This document shows, one piece after another, positions 1 through 8,906 of a stretch of 64,000 bases of DNA (the first letter of the stretch is position 1; every line of letters starts with the position of its first letter). The position numbers were made by a program, and so were the translations under genes. Under the pieces are notes generated by a model that was not told the DNA's origin, made no database searches, and saw only the letters and a list, made by a program, of their open reading frames with translations. The stretch spans positions 10,977-74,976 of the forward strand of contig JAGCDY010000053.1 of assembly GCA_017650925.1 (NCBI GenBank), written 5' to 3'. This DNA comes from a bacterium (GTDB lineage: Bacteria > Auribacterota > UBA3054).

Positions 1-32
1 AGTACCGCGACGACGTCTGCTCGTATTACAAC

Positions 33-809
33 ATGACGAACAATCTGAAAGAAGTCATTGTCATCATGCACCCGATCCTCGCGGAAGCCGAGATGGCGAA
101 GCTTTTCGCCGAGGAGCTTCCCTCGCCCAAAGAACGCACGGCCTTCCTCAAAAAGTGGGGCGCCCGTTACAAACAGATACTGACGAACGGCTTCGGATTT
201 CGCCTGACTTTCCAATTGAGGAACAATTTCCTCGACATGCAGAGCGAAGTTAAGATCCCGGCAAACATCGCCGACTACTTCACGCTTCTCTCAAGCGACG
301 GAGTCAGGGTGAAGGCCTGCAGGTGCGTCAGTGACTACAAACTTCCCCAGACCATCTGCTTTGAGCGCCCGGAAGTGAACGTCGACCTTTTCTTCAACAC
401 CAGAGACGACTCCGGGAAACCCTTGATAAACAACAAGACCAGGGCCATAAGGCTGCAGTCTTCCGCCGTGAATTCCGATTTCGGATCTTATAATTTCTCC
501 TGGTGGCTGCCTTTCAAATATCCCATAAAAAGACCGCAAAGCATGGAGATGATCTGCGGCACAAAGCCTTTCAGGACTTTCGTCTCGGTCCATCCGGAAG
601 TTTACAGCAAAAACATCGCCTACGTAAACGAGGCCCGCGGCGCGGCCGAGGAAAAGGCCAGGCAGGAGGCGATCGCCCAGGCCACCGCTAGGGAAAGAGC
701 CTACGCGGCGGCCAAGCATGAGGTCAGGGAAGTACCTCAGGAGGAGCGCAGCGCCTTCGTCAAGCTGACCATAGCCGGCGCCCTCTATTACGGGCTACTC
801 GCTAATTAA
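33..809 (+). CDS. hypothetical protein; start uncertain because the frame stays open to the left window edge
   Basis: 258-aa ORF from ATG at 33. The same frame has no stop back to position 3, so the gene may begin outside the window. I recognise no catalytic motif. An Ala/Glu/Arg-rich helix (ARQEAIAQATARERAYAAAKHE) is followed by a terminal hydrophobic stretch (FVKLTIAGALYYGLLAN). Antisense ORF 291-719 is judged a shadow. Confidence 0.5.
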   Translation: MTNNLKEVIVIMHPILAEAEMAKLFAEELPSPKERTAFLKKWGARYKQILTNGFGFRLTFQLRNNFLDMQSEVKIPANIADYFTLLSSDGVRVKACRCVSDYKLPQTICFERPEVNVDLFFNTRDDSGKPLINNKTRAIRLQSSAVNSDFGSYNFSWWLPFKYPIKRPQSMEMICGTKPFRTFVSVHPEVYSKNIAYVNEARGAAEEKARQEAIAQATARERAYAAAKHEVREVPQEERSAFVKLTIAGALYYGLLAN

Positions 810-1442
810 GCCTATGGCCAGCGCGATCGTACGCGCGATCAGCAAATGTCCGGTGGGATCCGGATGCACCCTATCCCAGCTCATCGAGACCGGATGGAAG
901 TGTTCGAAATATTTGTCGAAAGCTGCCTGCAGGTCTATAAACGTCGCGCCGTTCTTTTCGGCCACGGTCTTCATGGCATCGTGGTACTTGTCGATCATGG
1001 CGCGGAAAGCGTCCTTTTTGTTCGTCTCCATCAGGTACGGGGAAATGAAATAAAGGCCTTTCAAGCCTTTCGTGATGTCGACCATTTTCTGAAGGTTCGC
1101 GGCGTACTCCTCGACGGAGATGAAGATCTCGTTCCTGTACGGCTCGTCGAAGTGGCGCCAGACATCATTGATGCCTATTTCTATGGCAAGATAATCGGGC
1201 TTGAGATCGATGACGTCGCTCTGCCAGCGCTCGAGCAGGGCTTTGGAAGTGTCGCCGCTCGTGCAGACGTTCATCACCCTGATCCCGTATTCCGGGCCTT
1301 TGATCCTCAAGATGCTGTCAAGGACGCGCGGGAAACCTGTGCCGAGACCGGCGTGCAAACCCTCGCCCACCGGACGGGCGCGGCCAAAATCGCCGATCGA
1401 GTCGCCGATAATGAGAAACTTCGAATTCTTTTCCAATTTCAT
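795..1442 (-). CDS. SGNH/GDSL-family hydrolase (lipase/esterase-like)
   Basis: SGNH blocks are present: FLIIGDSIGD (block I), TSGDTS (block II), GINDVW (block III), DRVHP (block V). The ORF track starts at a TTG at 1487 and overlaps lspA. I prefer the ATG at 1442 (MKLEKNSKFLIIGDS), which removes that overlap. Confidence 0.8.
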   Translation of the reverse strand: MKLEKNSKFLIIGDSIGDFGRARPVGEGLHAGLGTGFPRVLDSILRIKGPEYGIRVMNVCTSGDTSKALLERWQSDVIDLKPDYLAIEIGINDVWRHFDEPYRNEIFISVEEYAANLQKMVDITKGLKGLYFISPYLMETNKKDAFRAMIDKYHDAMKTVAEKNGATFIDLQAAFDKYFEHFHPVSMSWDRVHPDPTGHLLIARTIALAIGLISE

Positions 1443-1464
1443 AACGCTTTCTAAAATTTGATTG

Positions 1465-1950
1465 TTAATCTTCTTTCCAACAAACAACGATGAGAAGCAA
1501 GGCGGATACGGTGATGCAGCTGTCGGCGAAATTGAAGGCGGGCCAATGGTGATTCTTGTAATAGAGGTCTATGAAATCCACCACGGCGTAGTCGGGCGGC
1601 AGAAGCCTGTCTATCATGTTGCCCAAAGCGCCTCCCATGATGAGTCCCAGCGCCGCGGTGCCGTTGCGGCTTTTCGGCGCCTTGCCCCTCAAGAAAAGCG
1701 AGAGGATGAAAAGGATAACGACGAGCGCCACCGCGGCCAAGATATAGTGGCCGTAGTTTATGTTGTCCAGCATGCTGAAGGCTACGCCGGGATTAAGCCT
1801 GAAGACCAGGTTGAAGCAGGGCAAGACCTCGATGATCTCATCGGGCGCGATAAAACTTTTCACCGCGAACTTGCTCAGCTGGTCCACTATGGCTACGCTG
1901 GCGGCCAGATACACCGGCGTGGCGCATCTTTTCCAGTAGATCCCCATCAC
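1465..1950 (-). CDS. lspA: lipoprotein signal peptidase (signal peptidase II)
   Basis: 161 aa with four hydrophobic segments. Family motifs are NPGVAFSML, GGALGNMIDRL, VVDFIDLY and WPAFNFADSCI. It lies downstream of ileS, a conserved arrangement. Its start overlaps the dksA-like stop by 4 nt. Confidence 0.9.
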   Translation of the reverse strand: MMGIYWKRCATPVYLAASVAIVDQLSKFAVKSFIAPDEIIEVLPCFNLVFRLNPGVAFSMLDNINYGHYILAAVALVVILFILSLFLRGKAPKSRNGTAALGLIMGGALGNMIDRLLPPDYAVVDFIDLYYKNHHWPAFNFADSCITVSALLLIVVCWKED

Positions 1951-2324
1951 TTGTCCGCGCAGTTAAGGCAGAGCTCGGCTTCGGGAATGGCCTCCAGGCG
2001 CGCCTGAGGGATCGGCTTTCCGCACATCTGGCAGAAACCGTATGTGCCATCCTCGATGCGGGCGAGCGCCTCGTTGACCTGCTGCAAAAGTTTCTGCTGA
2101 TTGCTGGCCAATCCCAGCATCAGTTCCATGCCGGAGGCGTCGGAGCCGATGTCCGCGATATGCGTTTTGTAGCCGGAAATGTCGCCGGAAAAATCTTTCT
2201 GGGAATTCATGAAAGACTCCTCTTCCAGCTTCTCAACGTTGCCCATAAGGCGGGCGCGTTTTTTCAAAAGGGCCTTCTGAAGTTTGAGAAGGACTTCCTT
2301 GGGTAGTTTAGTTTTCTTGACCAT
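1947..2324 (-). CDS. DksA/TraR-family C4 zinc-finger protein
   Basis: 125 aa. A coiled-coil region is followed by CQMCGKPIPQARLEAIPEAELCLNC, which fits the CxxC-17-CxxC zinc-finger pattern. Confidence 0.8.
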   Translation of the reverse strand: MVKKTKLPKEVLLKLQKALLKKRARLMGNVEKLEEESFMNSQKDFSGDISGYKTHIADIGSDASGMELMLGLASNQQKLLQQVNEALARIEDGTYGFCQMCGKPIPQARLEAIPEAELCLNCADK

Positions 2325-2328
2325 AATT

Positions 2329-5136
2329 TTACGCTTGATTTTTCAAAACGTCCGCGCAGCGGGCGCAGACATCGGGATATTCGCTTATAGTTCCAACCGT
2401 GTCGCTGCAGTTCCAGCATCGGGCGCACTTCGGTTTGTCTGAGCGGAGGGCGGCCACGATGAGTTTGCCGGCGGCCCTGCCGTTCTCTGGCTTCTTCACG
2501 GAAAGAGCCGAGACGATGCAGAGCTTCGCCAGGTCGCCTTCGTATTCTTTGAGCAGCGCGAGCCATTCGGGATCGTCGCTCCAAACTTCCGCCTCAGCTT
2601 CCTGTCCGGAACCGATCTGGCCGCTCTGCCTCAAGCCTTCCAATTCTTTCAGCACCTCGTCTCTGACGGACCAGATCTTCGCGAACTGAGCCGCCAAAGC
2701 GGGATCGAGATGCTCCTTCTCCTCCTTGGGCCAAAGGGCAAGGTGCACGGTGCTCTCGCGACCTTCCTCCTCGGTCAGATACTGCTCCTTTAGACATTCC
2801 CAAACTTCCTCGCTGGTGAAGACCAGAATGGGAGCGAGAAGTTTTGCGAGAACGACGGCGCAGCGCCTCAAGACCGTCTGGGCGGAACGCCTGCACTTGG
2901 AATCCCTGCCCTCGGTGTAGAGCGTGTCTTTAAGGATGTCGCAGTAACGGGAGGAAAGATCCACGGTGCAGAAATTCAGTATGGCCTGGAAGGCCTTTAT
3001 GTAATCGTTCTTCTCGTAATCCTCCGTGACCTCAGCCCTCAGCTCCTCCAGGGAATGCAGCATGTACCTGTCCAGCTTGGAAAGTTCAGCGAAAGGCACG
3101 GCGTTCTCGGGCCTAAAGTCGGCTATGTTGCCAAGAAGATATTTGAAGGTGTTCCTGATGCGCCTGTAGGCATCGCTGATGACGCCAAGAATCTTGTCGT
3201 TGAAGACCACGTCCTGCGTGTAGTCGGTGGAGCTCACCCAAAGGCGCAGAATGTCTGCGCCAAGTTTGTCGCACATCAGAACGGGATCGACGTAGTTGCC
3301 TTTGGACTTCGAGATCTTCTCGCCTTTGGCCGCGAGCGTCCAGCCGTGCGTCACAACTTTCCTATATGGTGCGCGGTCCATCAAACCTATGCCGGTCAGA
3401 AGCGAGACCTGGAACCAGCCGCGGTGCTGGTCGCAGCCCTCGAGATACATGTCGGCGGGATCGTAAAGTCCTTCCCGGCGGGAGCAGACAGCGCGATGGG
3501 AAAGTCCGGAGTCGAACCAGACGTCCAGAATGTCCTTTTCCTTGCGGAAGTGCGTTCCTCCGCACTTCGGGCATTTTGTGCCTTCCGGCAGAAGCTCGCT
3601 GGCTTCCTTCTCAAACCAGACGTCGGAAGTTTCCTTTTCAGCCAAGTCGCCGACTTTCTTGATGATCTCGTCGTTTATGACCTCCTGACCGCAGTTCTCG
3701 CAGAAGAAGACCGGGATCGGCACGCCCCAGATCCTCTGGCGGGAGAGGCACCAGTCGGGACGAAGCTCAATCATCGATTTGATGCGCTGCTTGCTGACTT
3801 CCGGCACCCACTGGACTTTCTCCACTTCCTCCAGGGCTTTCTTGCGCATGTCGTTCCTGTCAACGCCCACGAACCACTGGTCCGTGGCCCGGAAAATAAC
3901 GGGCTTATGGCAGCGCCAGCAATGGGGATAATCGTGGGTGCAGGGCTCCTTGTGGATGAGTATGCCTTTTTCTTTCAGTTCCTCAATTATCGGCTCGTTG
4001 GCCTTGAAAACGTGCATACCCTGATATTTCGGGACGTTGGCGTTGTAGCAGCCTTTTCCGTCCACCGGCGAGAAAACTTCCAGGCCGTAGCGCAGGCCCA
4101 CGGCGTAGTCCTCCTGGCCGTGGCCCGGAGCGATGTGCACGACACCGGTGCCGGTATCGGTGGAGACGTAGTCGTCCATGACCACTGGCACGGTCATTCC
4201 CTCGAAAATGGGATGCTTGACCTTTAGGCCTTCCAGGGCTTCGCCCGGGAACGTCGCCTCAACGACAGGCTCCGCCTTGCCAAGCTTGGCGAAAAGCGGC
4301 GCGGCCAATTCCACGGCCATGACGATCTTCTGTCCGTCGAGGTCGACGACGCCGTAGATTATGTCTTTCTTTACACAAACCGCCCGGTTGCTGGGAAGAG
4401 TCCAGGGCGTGGTGGTCCAGATGGCGATGGAAGCGTCCTTTGGAAGGCCCTCCGGAAGGTTCTGTCCTTCCGCCAGCGGGAACCTCACGTAGATGGAATC
4501 GGAGGTATCCTGCTCGTATTCTATCTCAGCGACCGCCAGGGCGGTCTCGCAGTTGGTGCACCAGTGGATGGGCTTACAGCCCTTGTAGACGTAGCCCTTG
4601 GAATAAAGTTCGCCGAAGGAGCGGATGATGTCCGCCTCGTAGAGGGGATCCATGGTGATATAAGGGTTGCTCCATTCGCCCAGGACGCCGAAGCGCTTGA
4701 ACTGCGATCTCTGAATGTCGATGTATTTGGCGGCATACTCCCTGGCCTGGCGGCGGAACTCGACCTGGTCGACCTCGTCCTTGGTCTTGCCGAGCTGCTC
4801 TAAGAGCGCTTTCTCGATGGGAAGGCCGTGACAGTCCCAGCCCGGCACGAAAGGCGCGTCGAAGCCCTGCATGGTCAGGTAGCGGACGGTCATGTCCTTC
4901 AATATCTTGTTCATGACGGTCCCGATGTGGATCCTGCCGTTGGCGTACGGCGGGCCGTCGTGCAATACGTATTTTTTGGCGCCTTTCCTGGCTTTCCTAA
5001 TTTGGCCGTAAAGGTCTTCTTTCTCCCACTTCTCAAGTCTAACTGGTTCCTGCTGGGGCAGGTTCCCGCGCATCGGGAAATTGCCGGCCGGCAGGTTCAA
5101 TGAATCCTGGTACTTGTTTTTCTCTTCTTTGCTCAT
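2329..5136 (-). CDS. ileS: isoleucyl-tRNA synthetase
   Basis: 935 aa. HIGH region PPYANGRIHIGT and KMSKS region KISKSKGN are present. A CP1 editing-domain-sized insertion and a C-terminal Zn-binding CARCWNC...CARC are also seen. Confidence 0.97.
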   Translation of the reverse strand: MSKEEKNKYQDSLNLPAGNFPMRGNLPQQEPVRLEKWEKEDLYGQIRKARKGAKKYVLHDGPPYANGRIHIGTVMNKILKDMTVRYLTMQGFDAPFVPGWDCHGLPIEKALLEQLGKTKDEVDQVEFRRQAREYAAKYIDIQRSQFKRFGVLGEWSNPYITMDPLYEADIIRSFGELYSKGYVYKGCKPIHWCTNCETALAVAEIEYEQDTSDSIYVRFPLAEGQNLPEGLPKDASIAIWTTTPWTLPSNRAVCVKKDIIYGVVDLDGQKIVMAVELAAPLFAKLGKAEPVVEATFPGEALEGLKVKHPIFEGMTVPVVMDDYVSTDTGTGVVHIAPGHGQEDYAVGLRYGLEVFSPVDGKGCYNANVPKYQGMHVFKANEPIIEELKEKGILIHKEPCTHDYPHCWRCHKPVIFRATDQWFVGVDRNDMRKKALEEVEKVQWVPEVSKQRIKSMIELRPDWCLSRQRIWGVPIPVFFCENCGQEVINDEIIKKVGDLAEKETSDVWFEKEASELLPEGTKCPKCGGTHFRKEKDILDVWFDSGLSHRAVCSRREGLYDPADMYLEGCDQHRGWFQVSLLTGIGLMDRAPYRKVVTHGWTLAAKGEKISKSKGNYVDPVLMCDKLGADILRLWVSSTDYTQDVVFNDKILGVISDAYRRIRNTFKYLLGNIADFRPENAVPFAELSKLDRYMLHSLEELRAEVTEDYEKNDYIKAFQAILNFCTVDLSSRYCDILKDTLYTEGRDSKCRRSAQTVLRRCAVVLAKLLAPILVFTSEEVWECLKEQYLTEEEGRESTVHLALWPKEEKEHLDPALAAQFAKIWSVRDEVLKELEGLRQSGQIGSGQEAEAEVWSDDPEWLALLKEYEGDLAKLCIVSALSVKKPENGRAAGKLIVAALRSDKPKCARCWNCSDTVGTISEYPDVCARCADVLKNQA

Positions 5137-5152
5137 TTTAGGTTGTTAATAG

Positions 5153-6595
5153 TTACTTTAAGGTCACATTGGTTTCGAATATTTCATCTCCGCGCATATA
5201 TTTCATCGGGATCGTTTTGCCGGAGCTGTAAGCTTTGTTCATGGCGTAGGTGTAGGTCGCGACGGAATCGACTTTCAGGCCGCCTATCTCCAGAAGCACG
5301 TCGTTCGATTCCAGTCCCGCGAGTTCGCCGGGGCCCAGTTTCTGAGTGTTTGTAATAAGCATCCCGTAGCTCGCTTTCAGGCGCTTGTTCCTTTTCTGCA
5401 TGATGGCGTCGACCTTGATAACGTACATGCCGCTGTTCATCATGCACTGCGAAGTGCTGCCTAGGGATTTCTCGTATTCTTCCGGCACTTGCGTGTCTTC
5501 CGTGTTGACGGATATGCTGGGCTCTTTCTTCTCCTCTTCTTCCGGCGCCGCGGCGGCTGTCTCGGCCTTTTCCGCGGAATTAGTCTGCACGTTCTGGACT
5601 TCCAGATCGTACTGGAAGGAGAAGGGCCTGTTCAAAAATTCGCTGATGTCGCCGTAGGTCCTCAGCTTCAGGGTCTTGTTCTCGCCATTCTCCTCGAAGA
5701 CCACTTTCTGGCTGGCGGCGTCGATATAGACGACCGTCGCTTCCGTGTCGGCTATCTTTTCGCCTTCCGACGCGGTGAAAGTGGAGCGGGTCGACTTGTT
5801 GTAGAACATCGCGAAATTTTTATCGCCCAATTGGGAAATGCCGTTGAACTGGATATGCTTGGTCCAGGAGGGCAGGTCCTCCTTGCCGTCGGAACTCAGC
5901 CCCACGGGCTTCGGCCCTCCCTTCCTGCTGACGGCCGCCGCCACTTCCGCGGGCAGAGCGAAGATGTCGCCCTTGAGGTCGCTCGTCAGCGTGTCATAAT
6001 CAGGCGCCTTCCACTGCGGCAGATCCTTTTCCTGATCGTCGTTGAAAACAAATGATCTGACCGACATGTCGACCACCGCCTGCGGGTTCGTCGGGTCTTT
6101 CAGGTTGCTCTTTATTTTCATGGCGTCAAAGCCCACGAGCTGCCCAGCGCTCTCTATGAGGCCCAGCGCCGCGTTCAGGCTCTTCCAGTCGCACTTGACG
6201 TCCTTCAGGTTGTAGGAGAAGTCGCTGTACATATCGTTCGTCTGCGGCTGCTTCACGGCAGTGCTCGTAATGGACGAGCCGTACTTGCTGTCCAGCTTGG
6301 CGAATTCCTCCCTAAGAGTGCGCGCCAGATTGTCGGGCATCTTCTGGGCCGTTATCGTCTCCAGCGCGTTGGAGTAGCGCTCCGTCAGTTTCTTGTAGTC
6401 GTTGGCAAGAGCGTCTCCCTGGCTGATCTTCTTGTCGGCAAGTCCGATGCTCTTGTTCAATTCGGCCAGACGTTTGGAATTGGATTCCAGCTTTTCAGTC
6501 CCGGGAGAGATGATCTGGCTCCAGACCAAAACTATGACGACGAGGGCTCCGCCTATGCCGACGGTCATCCATTCTCTAGTGGTCAAGGCTCTCAT
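5153..6595 (-). CDS. T2SS/T4P platform fusion: GspM/PilO-like + PilP/GspC-HR-like + PDZ
   Basis: 480 aa. It has an N-terminal TM helix (WMTVGIGGALVVIVLVWSQII), a coiled coil, and a PilO/GspM-like module. An HR/PilP-like beta segment follows (GDIFALP...IQFNGISQLGDKNFAMFYN...VVYIDAASQKVVFEENGENKTLKL). Then come an acidic linker and a C-terminal PDZ (GPGELAGLESNDVLLEIGGLKVDS). The start overlaps the upstream gene by 4 nt. Confidence 0.6.
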   Translation of the reverse strand: MRALTTREWMTVGIGGALVVIVLVWSQIISPGTEKLESNSKRLAELNKSIGLADKKISQGDALANDYKKLTERYSNALETITAQKMPDNLARTLREEFAKLDSKYGSSITSTAVKQPQTNDMYSDFSYNLKDVKCDWKSLNAALGLIESAGQLVGFDAMKIKSNLKDPTNPQAVVDMSVRSFVFNDDQEKDLPQWKAPDYDTLTSDLKGDIFALPAEVAAAVSRKGGPKPVGLSSDGKEDLPSWTKHIQFNGISQLGDKNFAMFYNKSTRSTFTASEGEKIADTEATVVYIDAASQKVVFEENGENKTLKLRTYGDISEFLNRPFSFQYDLEVQNVQTNSAEKAETAAAAPEEEEKKEPSISVNTEDTQVPEEYEKSLGSTSQCMMNSGMYVIKVDAIMQKRNKRLKASYGMLITNTQKLGPGELAGLESNDVLLEIGGLKVDSVATYTYAMNKAYSSGKTIPMKYMRGDEIFETNVTLK

Positions 6596-8880
6596 TCGTT
6601 TTCCTCCTCAACGTCTTCTGCGTCGTCTTCGTCAGCGTTGCCTTCGTCAGTGAAGCCGGCAGCCCCTTCGTCTACGCCTTTCACGTCAGAAACGGGTTCG
6701 GTCTCATCCGTTTCCTTTTCGCTTTGGGCCTCCTCCGCGGCGGCAGGTTCCGTCTCGATTGCCGCGGCCTGCCCTTCTTTCGCGCCTTCCGTCAAGCTGG
6801 AGGCATCGACCTCACCTTTGGGCTCTTCGCTTGTGACTTCAGCTGTTTCAGCTGTTTCGGCTGTTTCAGCTGTTTCGGTAGCTGTGTCGGGCGAACTTTT
6901 CTCGTCTTCCTTTTTCTTCATCAGACGGCCGGAACGGGCCGGCTTCGCGGTCGAAGTGGATTCTTTTGCGCCCTCGACTTTCGGCAGTTCGTCTGCCACC
7001 CTGGAGCTTCCCCTGAAAGTTCCTCCCGCGGGAGTTCCCAGCCTGAGAGGCTGTCCCTGCATGGGCGCTTCCATGACCTCTATGGGCTTCGTCTCTTTAG
7101 TTTCTGGGGGCGTGCTTCGCGACTCAAGAGTTTCTGTAGGAGCGTTCGTTTCCTTTTCGGGTTTCTCTTTGGGAGCCGTCTCCGGCTGCCCGAGGAGATT
7201 CCTGAGTTTTTCGTTGTATTTGTAATCCGGCAGAATGTCGCAGGTCAGCTTGAAATAGTGGACCTGCAGACCGTACTGGTACATGGTCTTTTCGCTTGGC
7301 ACTATGACGTTCTCGAAGCGCAGCTGGCGCTGCATGTTCTCTTCGAAGAGCAGATAGTCGGCGTTCCTGGAGTAGCCTTCCAGCGTCATCACGTTGTTCT
7401 TGTCGACGCCTATCGAAGTGATCCAGAGGTTGCTCGTCATGCAGGAAGAAATTCCGGCCAAAACGGAGTTCCAGGAAGTCTTCCTGGAGATCACTCCCTC
7501 GATGTCGTTGACCGCCTTCTGCAGTTGGGCGTTGCGTTTTTCCAGGGTGTCGACGACTTTTGTCTTCTTTATCTTTTCGTGCAGTTCCTCGTTCTTCGCG
7601 TTGACTTTGGAGTTGCTTATGAAGACCGCGATCCCAAGTACGAGCAGTGCCGCCAAGGCGACGGCCGCCACGCCGATGGCCAGTTTTATGAGCATCTTCC
7701 GGCGCATGGCCAGAAGCTGAAGTTTGACTACGTCCACCGGGAGAAGGTCTATGTATATGGACGACTCGTCGACCTGGGCCAGAGCGGCGCCGAGGACAGC
7801 CGAAAACGATGGTCCGAAAAGGTCTTTGCCTTTCGCTTCTATCGCCTCGAGGCCGTCGAGATAAAGCGGCTCGTCGATGCCGAGTGGCGCGCAGAGAGCG
7901 CGGCAAATTTCCGGCCTGGCGGAACCGCCGCCGGAGACGCACACCTGGGTTATGTTTTCGGAGAGCCCCTTGTTCTTCAGAAAGCGGATGGTCCTGTCAA
8001 GCTCCGCGTTCATGCCTTCCATGGCGCGCAGAAGCTCCAGGGGATCGCTGAGTTTAGTCTCCTCCCAGTTCTTGATCTTTTTCTGCTCGGCTTCCTCGAA
8101 AGATATTCCTTCCTCGCTGGCTATGAAGGCGGTAAGATCGTCGCCGCCTTTTTCCACGTTCCTCGTGAAGACCAGCTCGCCGTTTTTGCTAACCAGGATA
8201 AATTCCGTCCTGCGGGCGCCCATTTCGATTATCAGGGTGTCGCCCTCGGTCTCGGGGATCTTTCCCGTTCTTTTCAGATAGTCGTAAAGGTTGAAGATCG
8301 CGAACGAAGAGACCTGGATGGCGGTCTGCTTCAGTCCCTTCTGGGAATGAAGCTCCAGGAATTTCGGAATGAGCGCCTGCCTTACGGCCGCGAAGACCAC
8401 CTTCGACATGACCGGCGCAGGCTCGGCTTTGCTTTCGCCTTCGTCTTCGGCAGCTTCCGCTTTCGGCTGCTCTATGGGCTTGAAATCGAAAGCCGTTATG
8501 GCGCGTTCCATGGCGAACGGCAGATGGCTTTCGGCCTCAAAGACCAGCATCTGCTTTATCTGTTCCCTATCGGTGCTGGGAAGCTCCAGATGGCTTACCG
8601 TGACAAAATCGCGCGACATCACGGAAAGGACGCCGGTGTCTTTGATCCTGTTGCGCTGCAAAAGCTGCTTGACGGTATCCTTGACCGCTTCCGGGGTCAC
8701 GTCTCCCCTGCTGGAAGTGAAGGGGATCGGCATCTTGTCGAGCTGCTTGGCCACCACGCCGTTTTTCTTCCGGTGCAGCAGGGCCAGCTTAACGTAGCGC
8801 GAGCCTATGTCGAGGGCGACAGTCTTGTCGCCTCCGGACAAAATGTTGGTAAAGCTTTTTTTCTTTGTGGTCTGAGCCAT
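6592..8880 (-). CDS. PilM-PilN fusion (GspL-like architecture) with a long acidic C-terminal tail
   Basis: 762 aa. The N-terminal actin-like PilM pattern is present (VALDIGSRYVKLALL...FEAESHLPF). One TM helix follows (LIKLAIGVAAVALAALLVLGIAVFI). A PilN-like periplasmic domain comes next (TSWNSVLAGISSCMTSNLWITSIGVDKNNVMTLEGYS). The last ~200 aa are Glu/Thr/Pro/Ala-rich. Confidence 0.7.
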   Translation of the reverse strand: MAQTTKKKSFTNILSGGDKTVALDIGSRYVKLALLHRKKNGVVAKQLDKMPIPFTSSRGDVTPEAVKDTVKQLLQRNRIKDTGVLSVMSRDFVTVSHLELPSTDREQIKQMLVFEAESHLPFAMERAITAFDFKPIEQPKAEAAEDEGESKAEPAPVMSKVVFAAVRQALIPKFLELHSQKGLKQTAIQVSSFAIFNLYDYLKRTGKIPETEGDTLIIEMGARRTEFILVSKNGELVFTRNVEKGGDDLTAFIASEEGISFEEAEQKKIKNWEETKLSDPLELLRAMEGMNAELDRTIRFLKNKGLSENITQVCVSGGGSARPEICRALCAPLGIDEPLYLDGLEAIEAKGKDLFGPSFSAVLGAALAQVDESSIYIDLLPVDVVKLQLLAMRRKMLIKLAIGVAAVALAALLVLGIAVFISNSKVNAKNEELHEKIKKTKVVDTLEKRNAQLQKAVNDIEGVISRKTSWNSVLAGISSCMTSNLWITSIGVDKNNVMTLEGYSRNADYLLFEENMQRQLRFENVIVPSEKTMYQYGLQVHYFKLTCDILPDYKYNEKLRNLLGQPETAPKEKPEKETNAPTETLESRSTPPETKETKPIEVMEAPMQGQPLRLGTPAGGTFRGSSRVADELPKVEGAKESTSTAKPARSGRLMKKKEDEKSSPDTATETAETAETAETAEVTSEEPKGEVDASSLTEGAKEGQAAAIETEPAAAEEAQSEKETDETEPVSDVKGVDEGAAGFTDEGNADEDDAEDVEEENE
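6841..6876 (-). repeat. 9-bp tandem repeat (4 copies) encoding (TAE)n in the PilM-PilN tail
   Basis: Plus strand reads agctgtttc agctgtttc ggctgtttc agctgtttc. The minus-strand translation is TAETAETAETAE. Degenerate copies flank it. Confidence 0.85.
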
Positions 8881-8906
8881 AGCGGTTCAAAAAATGGGAT
8901 TTAAGA

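Noticed and set aside
1443-1487. 5' extension of the SGNH hydrolase ORF from a TTG codon.
   Set aside because: It overlaps lspA by 23 nt. The ATG at 1442 (MKLEKNSKFLIIGDS) removes the overlap and still gives a full-length family-typical N-terminus.
6724-8904. 726-aa plus-strand ORF antisense to the PilM-PilN gene. Similar long antisense ORFs occur at 3055-4227, 9805-10842, 18192-19418, 21663-23342, 29950-31005, 33848-34684, 39878-40642, 49339-50244, 52118-53536, 54644-55675 and 57264-58280.
   Set aside because: These are typical shadow ORFs of a GC-rich genome. Their translations are Arg/Gly/His/Asp/Val-rich with no motifs. One of them spans two real genes. In every case the opposite strand encodes a protein with strong, recognisable family motifs.
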